Under the pieces are notes generated by a model. The model was not told where the DNA came from. It made no database searches and saw only the letters and a list, made by a program, of their open reading frames with translations. A program made the translations under genes and the position numbers. Positions 25,456-38,723 of a DNA stretch of 64,000 nucleotides are shown here, piece after piece. Each line of letters begins with the position of its first letter. Within the stretch, counting starts at the first letter, position 1. The stretch is from Camelus ferus (taxonomy: Eukaryota), in the NCBI RefSeq assembly GCF_009834535.1, contig NC_045696.1:38690001-38754000 (forward strand). The letters run 5' to 3'.

Positions 25456-26289
25456 TAGCTGATTCTTAAAAAAAATTTAAAAAGAATCATTATTTTTCAA
25501 GCCTAGTATGAATAACAGATTATGAATTTATTTACTATTTTGTCTTCAAGACCATTTTTTCTTCATATACCTAATGAATGATACTCATGTTTTCCTTATT
25601 TAGCAACTAGGTAATCTGCCATGGGTTAGGTACTGTGAGGTTTACAAAAATGAATGAAAAAGAACCTCAGCCTCAAGAGGGAAGCTAAGGAAAGCCTAAT
25701 ATATAAGGTAGAAAGGAGATAGAAAGGACAGGGTAGAAAGAAGCATCACTGTAAGTGAGCAAAACATACATATAAATCACTATTGAAATTCAAAGAATCT
25801 AGAGCTCACTGCAGAGGAGTGGATCAGACAGCATCAGGGAGATGGCATCTGAAAGATAAGGAATGCCAAGGTGAGGACAAGGCGGGTTAGATGGGGGAGA
25901 GAGAAGTGGTAGGACAGCGATGTGGAGATGGTGAAGAGGAATTTTGGACGTTTCCAAGAGATTTTAGTTTGGTAGCACTTGCTCTTTATTATATCTAATT
26001 TTTCCTCAAGGCCTAGGCTTTTCCTCTTTTTTTTTTTTTTTTTGACATAAATGTGACTCAAGCCCTGCTTCTTGGCTATTAGTAACGGTTAGTGCCTTTT
26101 TATTTTGGTGACTTTTTAGTTTTTAATCACTTAGTGAGTGAAAAATGATTAAAGAAAAGAAGAATGATTTTTGCTTTTATTGGGCAACTAGTAAAAATAA
26201 AATGCCATTCTACTTCATGATTATTGTGAAAAGCAAATGAGATACAAAAGATTCTAACTATCCAACTATCAGAATACTGCCAGTGACAG

Positions 26290-26900
26290 TGTTCATGACC
26301 TCACCAGGAAGCCTTAGGAACAGTTCTAATAAATTGGAAATCTTTCTGAGTACAGGTGTGCTTCCTTATTGCACTGTATGTAATCTCATAACACCTCCCA
26401 CTGGTACTTATTCTGCAAAATGGAACTTATACAAATTAAACCTAGTCCTTCTTCTGACCTACTTCATGACCCTTCAGATATTTGAAGACAACATGTGAGC
26501 CTCATAAATCTTGTTCTTTTCCTGCCTAAATTGTCTAAAACTTTCAACCATGTCCATCTGACATGGTTCCTGGATACTGCATCATGCTGATAACCTTCCT
26601 CTGGAGAACTGGAGTTTTTCTCTAAATCTTTTCAGAACTGAGCCGAATATTCCCCACATTTTCTAATCAGCGTAGAAAGCAGAGCTAGAGCACCTTTCCT
26701 GCTGGGCCTCAATTAATGCAGCCTGGTTTTCCATTCACTTTTTGAACAGCTGCCATGCACTGTTGGCATAGGGATGGCTTACTACCAGCTTATCCCCAGT
26801 GGTCTTTCTCAAATGAGTTACTTTTAAGCCAGGCCTGTTTCTGTACCTGCCCAACTGACTTTATGATGCTGAGTGCAAGGCTATATTTTATTAATATGCC
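26290..26900 (-). mobile_element. L3/CR1 LINE relic
   Basis: cccttcagatatttgaagaca, ttcctctgga, cagaactgagccgaatattcc and ttaatgcagcct are typical reverse-strand L3 motifs. Confidence 0.65.
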
Positions 26901-28391
26901 CACACTATATATCTATATAAACCATATCTCTTGTGTATCTATCTATCCAAACTCATATAGTCTCATATTCCCATTTTATAAATATTCCTATTCAATTTCA
27001 TCATGCTTTTACAGGTGAATTTTCACAAACTGTTGAGGTCTTTCTCCATCTCAATTAGTTGAGTTGGTACAATTATCATCCTTTTCCAGTCATCCAAGAG
27101 TTGTTCTGCCTTAGAAGTTAGCTCTATGTCTCTATCTAAACTTAGAGCTCTCTATGCAGCAAATATTTAGTATACTGTCTAATTTTCTTCTTCGTTGGAA
27201 TAATTGTGTTTGCATTGTTGGAATTCTGTATTTTATAGATACTAATTCCTCACCCTTTATAGAATCTCTGATCATGAATTTGTACTCAATCCATGGACTT
27301 TTTTTAATTGCCACCCTGAAGTTTAATATCTACAATTATGGCCAATGCTTTTTTCTTCCCCCTAGGCTGTTAGGTATCTTAAAATGAAAATCGTTTCCGG
27401 TTTTCCCAAGTTCCCACCCCTTACATTTCATAGGTCTTTATTCAGAATTAAATCCAACTAACAACTCCTGATGACTTTTTGAAAGATGGAAACAGTAGCA
27501 AGGCAGGTATTTATGATATTTTATAGCCCCTCATTTATTGCTTTCATGGTGGAGTAAATAAACTCTCAGGATGGGAAAGTGTGTTAACATAAGGATTGTT
27601 TAGAACATGAAGTCCATGGCCTTTCCGTGTGGTCTAATGCAGTTCCTTATTTAAATGGAAACCTTTGACTTTCTGTTCTTGCCAGAATCTGTCCTCTGGT
27701 TTCCTCCATTGCTTCATCCCATCAGGAAAGGTAGTCTCTCTTTGATGCTAACAGTGCATAGCTTGCACATGCCTAAATTATTAAAGAAAACAAAAGGGCT
27801 TATAATGAAAAGCACAAGCATACCACTCCTCCTCTTGACTCTCCATCATCTGCAGTAATACTTTTTAACTTACTCTCTTTTATAATTCCCATGATTACTT
27901 CCATATCCATTTTTACTTTAGACATTGTCTATTGACTTCTTCTTGTCATAGATAAATATTTCACTTCCTTAGACAGCCACCTATCCTCTCAATATAGTTG
28001 TTATCTTTGTAACTGATGTTACCTTTATGACTTTAAATATTGTATTTAAGTCTATATATTTTTCCAACAAATAGACATACTATTTGTATGCACTTGGTAG
28101 TTTCTTACCTATAATCAAAGTGGAAATGTAAAAACAACTTATTTTCAAATTACTATATAGTATTTTTTAAATGTTTTGGCCCTTTCTGCTAAGATTTGTA
28201 ATACAGGAGCTCCTGGTAGTCAGATGTCATTTTTTTGCCAAGCTGAGAAAAGAGAAAGGTTTAGCCATTCTTAACCTGACTGCTGAATTGTGTAGATCCT
28301 TTTTCATGATACCACCTTCTCCAGAGTAGGTTTGCTCTTCTGTGTCCTATTGGTAATGCTGCTGGAAATTCATGGCTGAGCTTCTCCAGAG

Positions 28392-28589
28392 TGGGCTTCA
28401 GCGAACTTTGGCCCATGGACCAAATTGTCTGTTTTATTGGGACACAGCCACATGCATTTGTTTACTTATTGTCTATAGCTGCCCTTGGGCTACAACTGCA
28501 GAATTAAGTAGTTGCAACAGAGTCAGAATTTTGCACAAACCTAAAATATTTAATATCCATCCCTTGACGAAAATATTTGCCAACACCTG
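28392..28589 (+). mobile_element. MER58-like hAT-Charlie MITE inside old antisense L1-like relics (~27100-29500)
   Basis: ttttattgggacacagccac...tttgtttacttattgtctatagctgc...cctaaaatatttaatatc...tttgccaacacctg. Imperfect 8-bp TSD ctccagag/ctctaggc. Confidence 0.8.
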
Positions 28590-30920
28590 CTCTAGGCTGC
28601 TTTAAGACTAGAGCATCGTCCAGTATATCCAGACTCTGCCACATGAGCACCTGCATTCCTAAATCCTGTTCTCCTCCTTCCCTTTGGACTGATACATGGG
28701 ACTCACCCTTTATCCTAGTCATTTAACTAAGTTAGAGCTACTATTTCCTATATCCCAGGACTTTCCTCTCTCTCTATTTACCATCTTCGTTTTGCTGGAA
28801 CAAACCCTCCGTTTGCTTCCTGAGAGTGGAAAGTTTGCAGACAAGTTATATTTTCTTTTGTATCTGAAAATGTCTTTTCAGTAAATGCAATAAATAATCT
28901 ATGCATAGAATTGCAAGTTAAAAATATTTTTCCCTCTGAATTTTAAAGGCACTGCTCTACTGTGTTTTAGGAGACAGCCTTGCTCCTGACCAATTCAATG
29001 CCAGGGGATTCTGCCTTGAAATTACATTTTAATGTGCTGTACACATACAGGTTCTTTCATCTGGAGATGTTCTTTGAAAATCTTTAGTAGTATTTCTAGG
29101 CAATATTCCTCATCTGAGTTCTCTTTATTCTCTCTGGAATTCCTATTAGTCATTTATGGAAACCCAGGATTGAGTTTTTACCGTCTTAAACATTAAATTC
29201 ATATATGTGGTTTTTGGGTTTATTCTTCGTAGATGCAGATTTGTTCTGTTTTGTAGCAGACTTCCTCGGCTATATCTACTTATGTTTCAAGACTTCTATT
29301 GAGCATTTTTTCTGCTATAATTTTAATTTCCATATATCTCTCTATTGTTCTTATTAGCTCATTCTTTGAGCATCCAGATCTTTCTTGATAGATGAAATAT
29401 CTTCTAGCACACCATCATTTTTTCTTCTAGTTTACTTGTTTCTGTTTTATTATTTTTGCCTCTCTTTCATACTGGGTATTTTTCTCACATGTCTGGTGAT
29501 GCATGACTTTCCATTCATTTTCATGAGTGAGGCACTGATTGGAGCCAGAGTGAGCATGCAGACAACACTTGGTTGGTTACGGAAGTGTTTCATTGGAGAT
29601 ACTCAACTGCCAATATGTGATTTGTATTTTCCAAGGAAATATTTTTTTTCCAGAAAAGAATTTTCTGATATTTTGTAGAAATTAGAGGTCAACTCTTCCT
29701 TGTAAAACTTTCACCATATACCCTTGCCCTATTTAGAGCCCATGACTCACTCCTGCCCTTTGCCATAATGGTTGCAACCGAGCCAAGAGTCCATCTATGG
29801 TTCTGCCATGTGAATTTCTCTCCTCTAAACAAAAGCAACCTCTTCTCTCCCTTTTTATGCCCTACTGCACCCATCAATACTCTCCAGTCACTTTCCATCT
29901 TCAAAAGTTTGCTTCAAGCTCTCATCCACTGAAGTCCCCTCACTGCTCCTTTGTCTTTAAGGGTTTAGTGTTTTCTTTTCTATTGTTAGAGGGGTATCAG
30001 ACAGGGAAGGGAGATAAGCACATGTTCATGCTACCATTTTTAAACAATTGCAAGACCTACTGTGTTTTCAGTGCTCTACAAAATTGAGACAAGCCCTGGA
30101 GAGCCCTCAAAAGTAAATGTATTCTTCTAATATCTTCTAATAGATATTGGTTTCTGACTCTGCCTTATTTTTAATCCAAACCCTTTTCATGTCATTTTTC
30201 ACAACATGAAATAAGACTATTAGAATTGTTTCTTATTTATCTTCTTAAACTTTAAATGTTTGATGTTAAAAACCAATTAATAATCCATATTATTCAACAT
30301 GTTTTGTTTAAAGAGCATGTTGTGCTTACTTTTGATTAAATAAAAATGAAAGCAAATGATGGATCAAAAAATAGATTGATCTGTTTTTATCTAAAGATAG
30401 CAGCCAGTGTGTGGAAATACTAGTTTTATAATATCACAAAAATTTCTCTCTATATACATTTGCAATAGATTTTACTTTTTAGCTGTAGATATTTTTTCTG
30501 ACTGTTCTTTTCTAATCAAAAAGAAACAGCATCCATGACAAGTGACATGCAGCTTTCGTTTATTCCACTAACATGAACACAGACACTGTCCTATTTTCCC
30601 TGATTCATGATTTTCTGCGTAGTGAAATTCAAAGGAATCATCTGTCTTTTCATTATTCAAAAGAGAAAAAAGAAACAGAAACAATGACAAATATTTAGCA
30701 TCTCTCTCTGCTCTGCTTGCAGTCTTATATGTCTGCACATGTTTTTTGAAGTTTCTGAAAATTCTGTGACTTATTAATCTCAAATTTCAAAGTCATATGA
30801 TATATATATATATATTTACATTATTATGAATTTTTGTCTTTACTTCTATCTTCCATTGGCCTAGTGAGTTTTTGTTTTAACTTATGCTTTTTCACTCTTG
30901 ATTTTAAAACACAGTGTGCT

Positions 30921-31075
30921 GGTCGGGAGGGCATAGCTCAATGTTAGAGTACATGTTTAGCATGCACAAGGTCCTGGATTCAATCCCCAGTACCTCTATT
31001 AAAAAATAATAAATAGATAAGTAAATAAGTAAATCTAATTAACCTCCCCCTGAAAAATCTACAAAGCAAAATAAA
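30921..31075 (+). mobile_element. tRNA-Ala(AGC)-derived SINE, Vic-1-like (camelid)
   Basis: A-box-like tagctcaatgttag, anticodon-loop remnant ttagcat and B-box-like ggattcaatccc, then an (AAAT)n-like linker and ctaattaacctccccc. Family name from memory. Confidence 0.8.
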
Positions 31076-31399
31076 ATTTGGTTAAACTTAGAAAGTACTT
31101 GAAACTTATGATAATATTGCAGCTATCAACCATTTCTTGAGCTTTTAATCTGATAAGTAAGACTAGACGTTGTTTCTGTAGTTTTAGCAGATACTCTTGA
31201 AGAGCTAAAGTCATAGAGTTGAACTCATTATTTTTCCTTTCAGACGTGATATCTGGTGCCATCTAATCTGGGGTGGCTACTGCTATTCCTGGCTAATTTG
31301 GGCGCACTTGAAATAGTATATAGTTTTAAACTTAGAGTTGCAGGTACCACTACCAAAAGTATAGATTTTGAATGGAATTTTTGATACATTTCCTTTAAT

Positions 31400-32340
31400 A
31401 ATTGCTAGATCAAGTTGAAAAAAATCAGTGAGGCTAGAGGACGTTAACAATACAATTAACAAATTCTGCCTGATGAATATGTAGACAAAATAATAATCCT
31501 AAATTTTCCAAATCACATTCTCTTTATGTACACAAAATATTAATGAAAACTGATCACATACTAGGCCATAAAGCAGTTTGCAACAACTCAGATTTTTACA
31601 GAATATATTTCTAACCAAAATACAATTAGCTTAGAAATAATAAAAAGGTAACATAAAAAATTAGCTGAAGACGTATTTTTAAATAACTCATGGGTTAGTT
31701 TAATATAAATTAGAAAACCTGTACAACTAAATAATAATGAAAACATTTTAAAATTTAAGGGGTACAACAAATGCAGTACTTGAGAGGTTAATGCATATAT
31801 AGCCTTAAAATGCTTATTTTAGAAATGAACTACTAAAACTTAATGATCTAGGCATCTAACTTAACAATTTAGAAAAAGAGGAGTAAAATAATCACAGAGA
31901 AAGTGGGAGAGGAATATTAAAGAAAATATTTAAAATAGTAAATAGAAAACAAAATAGCAACAAAATCAAAAATTATTTTCTTAAAAATATTAAACTATAA
32001 AACTGACAAAATAGATCAAGAAAAATATAAGGCATAAGTAAGCAGTATTACAGATGCAAAAGGGAAGGCTATAACTACCAATAAACAAATATTTAAAAAT
32101 CAATAGGAAAATATAAACAGCTTTATGACGGTAAATGTAAAAACTGGATAAAGCAGACAAGTTTCTAGAACATTGTATATTACAAAAATTCAAGAGAAGT
32201 AAGATCCTATATTGTTCTATATCCATTCCATAACTGTATCAGTATCTAACAATTTTTTGCCCACAAAGGAATTTCACATCCAGAAATTTAGGGTTTGGGG
32301 AGCAAATTTTACCAAATGCATAATTCTAAAAATACAGATA
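31400..32340 (+). mobile_element. Old, heavily decayed L1 ORF2 fragment
   Basis: A-rich strand with aaaactgatcacatactaggccataaagc and aaatgcagtacttgagagg...atagccttaaaatgcttatt, typical of the L1 EN-to-linker region. Confidence 0.65.
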
Positions 32341-34104
32341 CACTAACTCTTTCAAAGAATATTAAAATTTTATTCCAGTCAAAGCTGTGAGCTAGGAAAA
32401 GAGTTTTTTACTTATATTTTAAGATTAATGAAATGTAATGCTGGGCATTTTTCTTAGGTTGGATATATCATTGGCCAAAAATTATTTCTTCACTTCTGTT
32501 GGATTTGTTTCAATAATTATATTGAAAGTGCTTATTTGTTTAGTTAGTGAAATTGTAACAAATTTTAAATGGCAAAAATGTTGCTCTGTAATGCTTATAA
32601 TAATGACTTATATGACATTTGATAATAAAAACTTTTTTTTCAGTAAGAGAAAAATTGGGAACTGATTACAAAGCTCTTTAAAAAGAGATTTTTTAAATTA
32701 AATTATGTTATATGTAATAGCATGGAAACTACATATACTATAATACCAAGTCAATAAAGTGTCTTAAGTATATACATAAAAATACCATATAGAAGGAGCA
32801 TAACTTAAAGAAAAAAAAATAAACTTTATGCTTGTGAAATAGATTAGAAATATATACACCAAAATAAGATTGTATTCCAGTTATTGGGCCTATGGGCGAT
32901 TTCTCCTCTTCTTTTGGTTTTGCTCTAGTAAATTTTCTCATTTTAATATCAGTGAATTTAGGTAGCATCCTGCAATTGATAGCATTCATAGTTTAATTGA
33001 CAATAGTATTTCCTTCCTAGAAGTACATATAATAATGGTATATATTGCAATCTAGACTCAGTGAAAACATTATCTTTTGAATAAATAAAATAATGAAGCA
33101 TAAACTTTTTAATAGATAAAACACAATTAATGTCTTCTGAGACACAAAACTGACTGAATAAAAGTTTGCCTAAAATAATGTTTACATTAGTGAAAATAGC
33201 ACTTTAACATGAAAAACTTTTTAATGTTTATTTTATTAGAACATCTGTCTGTTATTATCCCTTGAGAATAAATAATCACATAAAAATGTCTGCAATTCTG
33301 AATCATGGTTTAATTTACAGAGGTGTTAGTGATTATCAATGTATATTTTCTGTAGTCTAAGATAAAATGAACTAATATTATTTAGTTCCATTATAAACCT
33401 TTGGTATATTAAAGCTATTCAAAGTCTCTATTGCTATTAAAAAATTGCATAATATCATTTTTAATAGTAACTCAGGACACTCATTGGCTTTTTAAATCAA
33501 AATAATCATCTACATGTTTTTGGAAAGCTGCTTTTTCTCCCTCTTTTGAAAACATTTTGACCACTAGAGCTGACAGTCCACTAGCTTCTCTTAGTCATGC
33601 TTGTCTAAACACAAGTCCTCCACTGTGAATACTGATCATGTTTATTGCCTGACTGAATTCCAAAATGTCTTACTTTGCTTGTGCAAGAATTCACATGCTG
33701 GGGTAAATGATATTCTCTCATGGTTGCCCTCTCAAATAACACTGGAAGATGTTTAGTGTGTACTTCCACATAGAGAGCTCAATACTGATGAAGGTGTCTA
33801 ACGTGAGGATGTCTGTCCACTCGTCTGTTCAGTAAACATTAGTTATCCGTGCTGGTCACAATGATAGACACTGGGAATTACAATGAAGACAGAATCCCTG
33901 TGCTCAAAATTTTCGCAGTGTCGTGAGAGAAATGAGTGAACAGAAACTCACAGCTAATGAGAGAAGTCCTGTTAACAGAAGAATGTAAAAGGTGCACAAT
34001 GGAGAGTAATAAGGAGTCATGGTTAGGAGGGGTATATTATCCAGCCTAAAATGGAAACTAGTATTGGAGCACTCATTCTGTGCTAAAAGCCATCCATGGG
34101 TTTT

Positions 34105-34343
34105 GTTTGGATTCTTCTTTCTTTTTTTTTTTTTTTAATTGAAGTATAGTCAGTTTACAATTTTGCATCAGTTTCTGGTGTACAGCATAATATGTCAGTT
34201 ATACATACACATACATATATTCATTTTCATATTCTTTTTCATTATACATTACTATAAGATACTGACTAGAGTTCTCTGTGCTATGCAGAAGAAATTTGTT
34301 GTTTATCTATTTTATATGTAGTAGTTAGCACCTGCAAATCTCT
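34105..34343 (-). mobile_element. Short 5'-truncated L1 3'UTR stub
   Basis: PolyT followed by aattgaagtatagtcagtttacaat. TSD ccatccatgggtttt (34090-34104) / ccatccatgtatttt (34344-34358). Confidence 0.85.
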
Positions 34344-34350
34344 CCATCCA

Positions 34351-34824
34351 TGTATTTTTTTAAATTACTGCCTTAATAAAAATACAAAATAATTATTTTA
34401 CAGTTCTGGAAGTCAGAAGTCCAAAATCAGTCTCACTGGGTTAAAACCCTGGGAGTTGACAGTACTGATGGATTCTGGGCACATGAGGGAACGATCTGTT
34501 TCCTTGACTTCCAACTTCTAAAGGTCTCCTGCATTCCTGGGCTTGTGTCCCTTTCCCCATCTTCAAAGCCAGCAGCTTAGCATTTTCAAGTCTTTCTCTG
34601 ACTTGTCTTACCTCTGTTTCCATCATCTCATTTCCTTCTCTGACTGTCCATCCTGCTTCCCTTTTATAAGAACCCGTTGGGCCCAACTGGATTGTCCAGG
34701 ATAATCACATCTCAAAATTATTATCTTAATATATCTGTAATATTGCTATACAAGGTAACATATTCACAGAGTCTGTGAATTAGAATGTGGACATCTTTGG
34801 AGAGCCAATATTCAACCAACCACA
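34351..34824 (-). mobile_element. MaLR LTR (MLT1B/C/D-like)
   Basis: cagttctggaagtcagaagtccaaaatcag...catcttcaaagccagca...aggtaacatattcacag...ttcaaccaaccaca. Confidence 0.8.
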
Positions 34825-34873
34825 GCTACCACATAAATTACAGAATGAAGACAGGAAAATGAGTTTGAAGAGA

Positions 34874-35249
34874 TGCTATGGACTGAACTGTGTCCCTTCA
34901 GCCCTGTGTTAAAGCCCTAACCCCCAATGTGGCTGAATTTGGAAATAGGGCTTCTAGGTTTTAATTAAGGTTAAATGAGATCATAAGGACCTACTGATAG
35001 GACTGGTGGCTTTATAAGAAGAGGAAGAGAGAGATCTCTTTTCTCCCCATGGCCTCACCAATAAGGGCCACATGAGGAGACAATTAGAATGTGGCTATCC
35101 ACAGGCCAGAAAGAGAGCTCTCACCAGGAACTCAGTTATCTGGCACCTTGTTCTTTCCAAGCCTTAAAAACTATGAGAAAATAAACTTCTGTTGTTTAAA
35201 CCACCCAATCTATAGTATTTTTTAATAGTAGCCCAATGCTGCTAGTGTA
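34874..35249 (+). mobile_element. MaLR LTR (MLT1A-like), sense orientation
   Basis: tgctatggactgaactgtgtccc...ctaacccccaatgtg; AATAAA at 35180-35185; imperfect 5-bp TSD agaga/aaaga. Confidence 0.85.
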
Positions 35250-35709
35250 AAAGATAATGACAGGACTGCCCTTAGGAGACCTCTCAGTGGTTATACAAGT
35301 CTGGAGTTCAAGAGAGAAGTCTGAGCTGCAAGTGTAGATTTGAAACTTAACAGCCTAAAAGCAGTAGCTGGTGGTAGTGAAAGCTATTACCCTGAGATAG
35401 TCTGTGTACTGAAAAGGGAATATAGCTGAGAAAAAAACTATACATTTCTAGTAACACCGAGATCCAGTGCAGGGTGCTCAGTAACCTGACTGTGGGAGGA
35501 GAGACTGGCCGATGGTTGGATTGGTCCTAGGTTTTATTTGCAGAGAAATGGTAGCTGCAGGGCTAGTGGAAGCGTATGGAAGCTAGTGGAAGCCAGAGGC
35601 AGTCCCTTTACTTCTTATAATTCTGCAAAACAGATAAGTCACATTTTTTAGATAAGGAAACTGAGATTTGAAGACATTCAGTAACTTTCTCTAAGTCACA
35701 GAGTTTTTA

Positions 35710-36003
35710 TTTTTTTTAAATTTTTTTTCAATTGCTATTTTATTTTATTTTTTTAACATTTTTTATTGATTTATAATCATTTTACAATGTTGTGTCAAAT
35801 TCCAGTGTTCAGCACAATTTTTCAGTCATTCATGGACATATACACACTCATTGTCACATTTTTTTCTCTGTGAGTTATCATAACATTTTGTGTATATTTC
35901 CCTGTGCTATACAGTGTAATCTTGTTTATCTATTCTACAATTTTGAAATCCCAGTCTATCCCTTCCCACCCTCCACCCCCCTGGTAACCACAAGTCTGTA
36001 TTC
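35710..36003 (-). mobile_element. Young-looking, short 5'-truncated L1 3' end inserted in a MIR fragment
   Basis: Long T-rich tail, then ttttattgatttataatcattttacaatgttgtgtcaaattcc. TSD cacagagttttta / cacagagagttttta. Confidence 0.85.
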
Positions 36004-37719
36004 CACAGAGAGTTTTTAAATTAGATTTTATTTCTGAAACGATTTTTCTGATGGCAGAATAGAGAATCAATTTTGATAGAGCATCAAGCAGAGTTTTGAA
36101 ATGCAAATATTTTGTAGTCTAAAGAGAAGCTCTTTTAATATACCTTGAGGCAAGAAGTCAGGTGGTCAGAGAGGCCATGTGGTATAGGAAGAGACACTGG
36201 ATTAAAACGGTCTTCTAGGGGTTGAGGTATCAGTGAGTTTGAAAAGTCAAAATGATATGAATTAGAGTATCCAACAAGTAAGTAATATACTGGACTGTAT
36301 GGTATCAGGAGAGAGAAATCTTTGATCTCCTTGAGGACAGTACTGTATTTGAGAGCATGTTATAGCAGAAAAGAATAAGACCTTGCTGAAAAAGAAAAGG
36401 CGGCTGTCTGACATTTGGAGTGTGGCGTGGGGAAAAATGGAGAATGTGTTACTGAACTTAGTCACTGAAAAAATCCTGACATGCTGTTTGGTAAGAAGTT
36501 TAAAAACCTCATTCTCATGTCTTAGAGAAATCCTGCTCCCTGGCCTGGGCTTTAAGAATCTAGCAATCAGTGGAGGATACTTAGAGTGACATATTTAACA
36601 TCTCCTCTCTGGTATCGGTATAATTTAAAAAAACCCAGTAGTTACATGGAATTTTTCTTAGACTCCAAAAGCTTTGCAAAAATGTACACATTAATCTTTA
36701 TCTCTCAAGAAGTAGACAGGTGGTATGTATTTAACCTACCCGCAATGAAACTAAAGCAGGAAAAACTAATAAAGCTTCCTCCAACACCGCAAAACAGATT
36801 AGTGGCGAGGCCAGAAATAGAAGCCTTGACTTGTGAGAACCTGTTCTCTTCCGTGTCTTAGTCGACTCTTCCCACTCACAGGCCTTGTTAAGCATGAGAA
36901 ATCTTGCATTATGGTGAACCTTTCTGTGAAGTTGAATCAGAGGCATTCAAATATGACTTCAACTGGTGTCAGGTTATGTTTTCAAAAAATGTTGTTCTCT
37001 TTTATATGTAGAATGTGTGCTATGTATCAGAAAGAAATCAGGCAGAATTAGTCATAAGGATTCTGATATTTCATCCTTGAAAGACAGGCAGTGAATACGA
37101 TTGAGTAGGTGACCCTCTTGATAACATTAATAATAATGGAATTTACCTTAAGACCTCAAGAGACTAACAAATCTCTCTAGAACTCAATTTAAAATCTGTT
37201 ATATGTTTTTTCCTCTATACCTCTTCTTTTTAACTCTTTCTTTATACGACACATAAATCTTCCTATTTCCTTTACAGAAAATGAATTGTGGAGTTAAGAC
37301 CAAAAAAAAAAAAAAAAAAACCCACAGACTAAAAAGGTTTCAAGGTGTCTCTTAGCTGTACAAAATGAAACAAAAGGAAAAGACAGTATGCAAATTTTAA
37401 AAGTTAGCATATTGGAGACTTTTGTCTATCTCTACTCTAAGATATCCCAACTTTGGGTCTAGAGTCATTTTTTCCTTTAATTCATTCATTTCATTGAGGC
37501 AACAAATATTAAAGTAGTGTTTATGATGTACTAAACATACAATTTGTAATAGAAATAGTTAAGGCTCATTCCTACATGACTTATATTACAGTTGACAGGA
37601 CGGGGTTAAGGGGAGGTGTTGAAATGGAGGGATAGTTAATAAATGTGTAAACTAGTTAAAAATGAATTTCAAAGATCATTTCACATAGTCAGAAGTGCCA
37701 TGCAGTAAATATATTATGC

Positions 37720-38723
37720 TAATAATCTCAAGTCAAAGACCCCATAATCACACTATAGTTGAAAAAGCTGGGTGTACTGCTTATTTCAGTGAGGGAAAAC
37801 ACATACCTTAGGGAACCATAGTGTGTGTCAGAGGGTGTTAGAAAGAATCTATTAAAGCATTTGGGCTTTGGTTGGGTGATTTGAGAGAGGGTCTAAGGAA
37901 GCAGGAGTTTGCTCCAGATTAAATGCTGTCAGGAAGCAGTGGCAAACTGTGGTTGAGTATCTGTTCTCATTGCCTCGTATTCTCCCTGGGTTTGCCAAAT
38001 ATGCAACACCTGACATTGGACAGATGCGATTAGCAGGTATTTATAAATTACATACATTTAAGACCCCAGGGGAGGAGGCAAAACACCACATGCCACCTAG
38101 GGCCACTCAGGGGTTATGCTTGAGAACTGAGTGGACAGCCAGGGATTCTGGGAAGCAAGCTTTGTAGTATCAAGAGGGTAGGGTGCCCCCCGCCTTCCCT
38201 CAGGAGGATGTGATCAGCTTGCTTGAATCATTCCACAGACTGGCAGGAAAGTGAAATCTGCTATTCAGGGATAAGAGGGTTGTTTGGCTGGAGGACCTTA
38301 TCTGTGGGAGCAGAGTGAGGAGGAGAACCTATGGTGAGGGTATTGGAGGCCCTCCTGGTTTCCCCCCAGATGTCAAAGCAGCACATGATACTGGGCCTTA
38401 ACTATAGGACTGATGCCATAGTATCTTAGTGAATCTTATCTACAGGAAGGGGAGACTAGAACAAGAATAAGGTTATAATTGGTAGAGAAGGAGCAGCCAT
38501 TCATTTTAGCCAAGAGAGGAGGAGATATGTAGTATTTTTGGCACTGTGACCTGGCCTTTGTCTATGCTTAGGCAAAGCTATGCAGTAACCTTGCTCAGTC
38601 TCATTTTATCAAGGTCTCAAAGTAACCTTGTCGAGATTGGTATAATGTCTTACAGGAGAATAACAGTGCCCAGCTCTGAGAGCGAGGCCAGCTTCTGATT
38701 GTAGAGCTGCTGTTTTTTTCTCA
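37720..38723 (-). mobile_element. MER67-like ERV1 LTR split by a second LTR
   Basis: The two halves read continuously across the duplicated GTATC (gttgagtatc|ttagtgaatcttatcta). Ends gctgctgtttttttctca. Confidence 0.7.
37962..38420 (-). mobile_element. ERVL-class solo LTR (MER54/MER74-like), 459 bp
   Basis: Perfect 5-bp TSD GTATC (37957-37961 / 38421-38425). Motifs gctttgtagtatcaagaggg and ccagatgtcaaagcagcacatgata. Confidence 0.8.

Noticed and set aside
30925..31000. Possible tRNA-Ala gene
   Set aside because: Stems are broken, the B box is mutated and a SINE-type tail follows, so it is called as a SINE.
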